The translations under genes were made by a program, and so were the position numbers. Of a stretch of 64,000 bases of DNA, positions 62,298 to 64,000 are shown piece after piece. Source of the stretch: Pseudogymnoascus verrucosus (lineage: Eukaryota); assembly GCA_001662655.1 (NCBI GenBank), contig KV460206.1, one strand, 5' to 3'. The notes beneath the pieces are model-generated. The model made no database searches. It saw nothing but the letters and a program-made list of their open reading frames with translations, and was not told the DNA's origin. How positions within the stretch are numbered: the first letter of the stretch is position 1; the number at the start of each line of letters is the position of its first letter.

Positions 62298-63938
62298 TTA
62301 GGGCCTTGGCGGGGCTTCTTCACTTGTCGCATTGGGACCTGGTCCACTAGACCTCGTGGTTGTCGTATTGGCGGTTGTTTCCGTCGCGCTTGTCGCTGGT
62401 GCAGATGTTTCATCCTGCGCATTACTCGACCTCGTACGGACCGAGAACCTATCTCTCAGCCTATCGGCCAGACTTAATCTATTTCGCGACCCCTCGGCAG
62501 AAACGGCTGATGAGGCAGGCTCTGTCGGCTGGTGCTGACCGGATTCCCTGGCTAGCTGCCTCAGAATGGCCATGCGTTCATGGACAGGCGCGTGGCGCGT
62601 AGCCAGGATCCTTTGGACCCGAGACTGGTGGACAGCTTCAGCGGGTACAGCTGGCGTTTGGTCGGCATCCGTTGGGGAAGAGGGCTCGCCGGCACTCAAA
62701 TTACTGCGCACAGGCCGAAGATCAACGCGGCTGGGGAAGATTAGAGTGAGCATGAAACAAGCGGTGGGGTATCTACTTACCATAAGGGGCACGTTCCGGA
62801 GACATTCAGTAGCCAAGGGTCAATACATGCTGGGTGATATTGATGGTTACAGGGTAAGACCCTGACATTCTCCCCTTTTGTAAAATCCTCTGTGCAAATA
62901 GAGCATCCAAGGTGTTCGTCCGGGGTCTCAGGGTTTGGTTGAGGAGTTGAACCCACTTCATTAGATTCGGAGGAAGATGTCGCAATATCCGCTTCAACAG
63001 GGATTGCATCCTGCTGCGGGCTACCCTTCTTATCGCTGTCAGTTGCCACGTGTGCTGCTTTAGGTTCTTCTGATGTGTTTGCGTCGTCAAGTTCTATATC
63101 CCGGTTCCCCGCCTTTGGTGGTAGGGGGTCTCCAAACTTCACAATTGGAAGGGTCTCAAGCATTGCTTTGGCAAGCCCCTTCGCCCGACTCTGCCTCGGA
63201 CGGCCGGCAAAGCCAGTCCTTGGACCATATCTTGCCGGATTGTTGTGAGCGCGCCAGGCGCCTGTGGTGATGATGACGAGGAAGAGCACTGTGACAATGC
63301 CAGTAACAGCATATAGTACGCTCATAGCCACTGCCGGAGTTTGATTTCGTTGTGTCGGCTGGTTTTCGCCCTGGGCTGTTTCAGGTCGAATCGTTGCAGT
63401 CGCCGATGTCGACGACGACACCAACATTTGCATAGCATTCGCTGAGACGTTCCTCAGTGTGTAGTAGTCTGCGAACGAGCCGACGTCCTTGACGCTACAG
63501 TGGGCGGACGCGAGGCTGTATAACACAATGGCGCCTGGGTTCTTGGGGACGATTAAGTCGATGACGGCGTCTTGAGTTAGGAAGGATGAGTTTGTTGAGT
63601 CGCACGATACCAATGCAATATCGCCCTTATTGACCTCTCCTGCACCAGCACCATTCGTAGTCACGGACTTGAAGCTCCCTTGAATATTGGTCTGTTACAT
63701 TAGCTGGCATACAATGGAAAGAGTTTATTATGGAGTTACGAACACTGGCTCTGATACTCCCGCCCCTACCGGCCTGTGCCGTCAAGGGCTCAACCAGAGG
63801 AGTCAGGGTTCCTTGTGGGGACTCCCATACCAACGTCAGTTGCGTGGCTTGCTTTGATAATGCGGCGTCCGAGCCAAATACGTCGACAGCACCGACCATC
63901 GAGGTGAACAGGAGGAAGAGAAGGGCGTGGATAGCCAT
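62298..63938 (-). CDS. Type I membrane RING-H2 E3 ubiquitin ligase (signal peptide, lumenal domain, TM, RING), 3 exons
   Basis: Signal MAIHALLFLLFTSMVGA; TM AVAMSVLYAVTGIVTVLFLVIITTGAW; QSRAKGLAKAMLETLPIVKF; CSICTEDF...RVLPCNHQYHPACIDPWLLNVSGTCPL|C. Confidence 0.92.
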
Positions 63939-64000
63939 GGTAGGCGAAACGATTTGGGTGCCCTCCCAGCGTCTGTCTGTCTGTATATGCTCAAGCAGCC

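Overview
This is eukaryotic DNA from a filamentous ascomycete (Pezizomycotina). Short GT-AG introns with CTRAC/CTAAC branch points occur throughout; the species cannot be determined from the window. I can support about 25 spliced protein-coding genes. 1-31 kb is a dense housekeeping block: MAK10, ATP15, QCR2, RPC82, GGC1, NCE101, ATG8, HEM13, ADK1, RPN8, a PHO80-type cyclin, a secreted lipase, a SWIM protein, Hook, a Gfo/Idh/MocA oxidoreductase and PCF11. 32-64 kb is sparser and repeat-rich: a secreted I9 inhibitor, NHP6, an uncharacterised multi-exon gene, a bZIP factor, a large repeat-containing C2H2 protein, a 78-aa orphan, a GH128 glucanase, a Dal81-like Zn2Cys6 factor and a membrane RING-H2 ligase. 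I found no tRNA, rRNA, CRISPR array or recognisable transposon, and no clear-cut new multi-gene system. The best leads are a duplicated terminal exon, a long stop-free read-through tail in Hook introns, a uORF-laden bZIP leader, window-wide alternating C-rich/G-rich blocks, an accessory-looking C2H2 gene, two small spliced ORFs missing from the ORF track, and several motif arrays in promoters. Exon boundaries were inferred by eye and family calls come from recognised motifs, not database searches.
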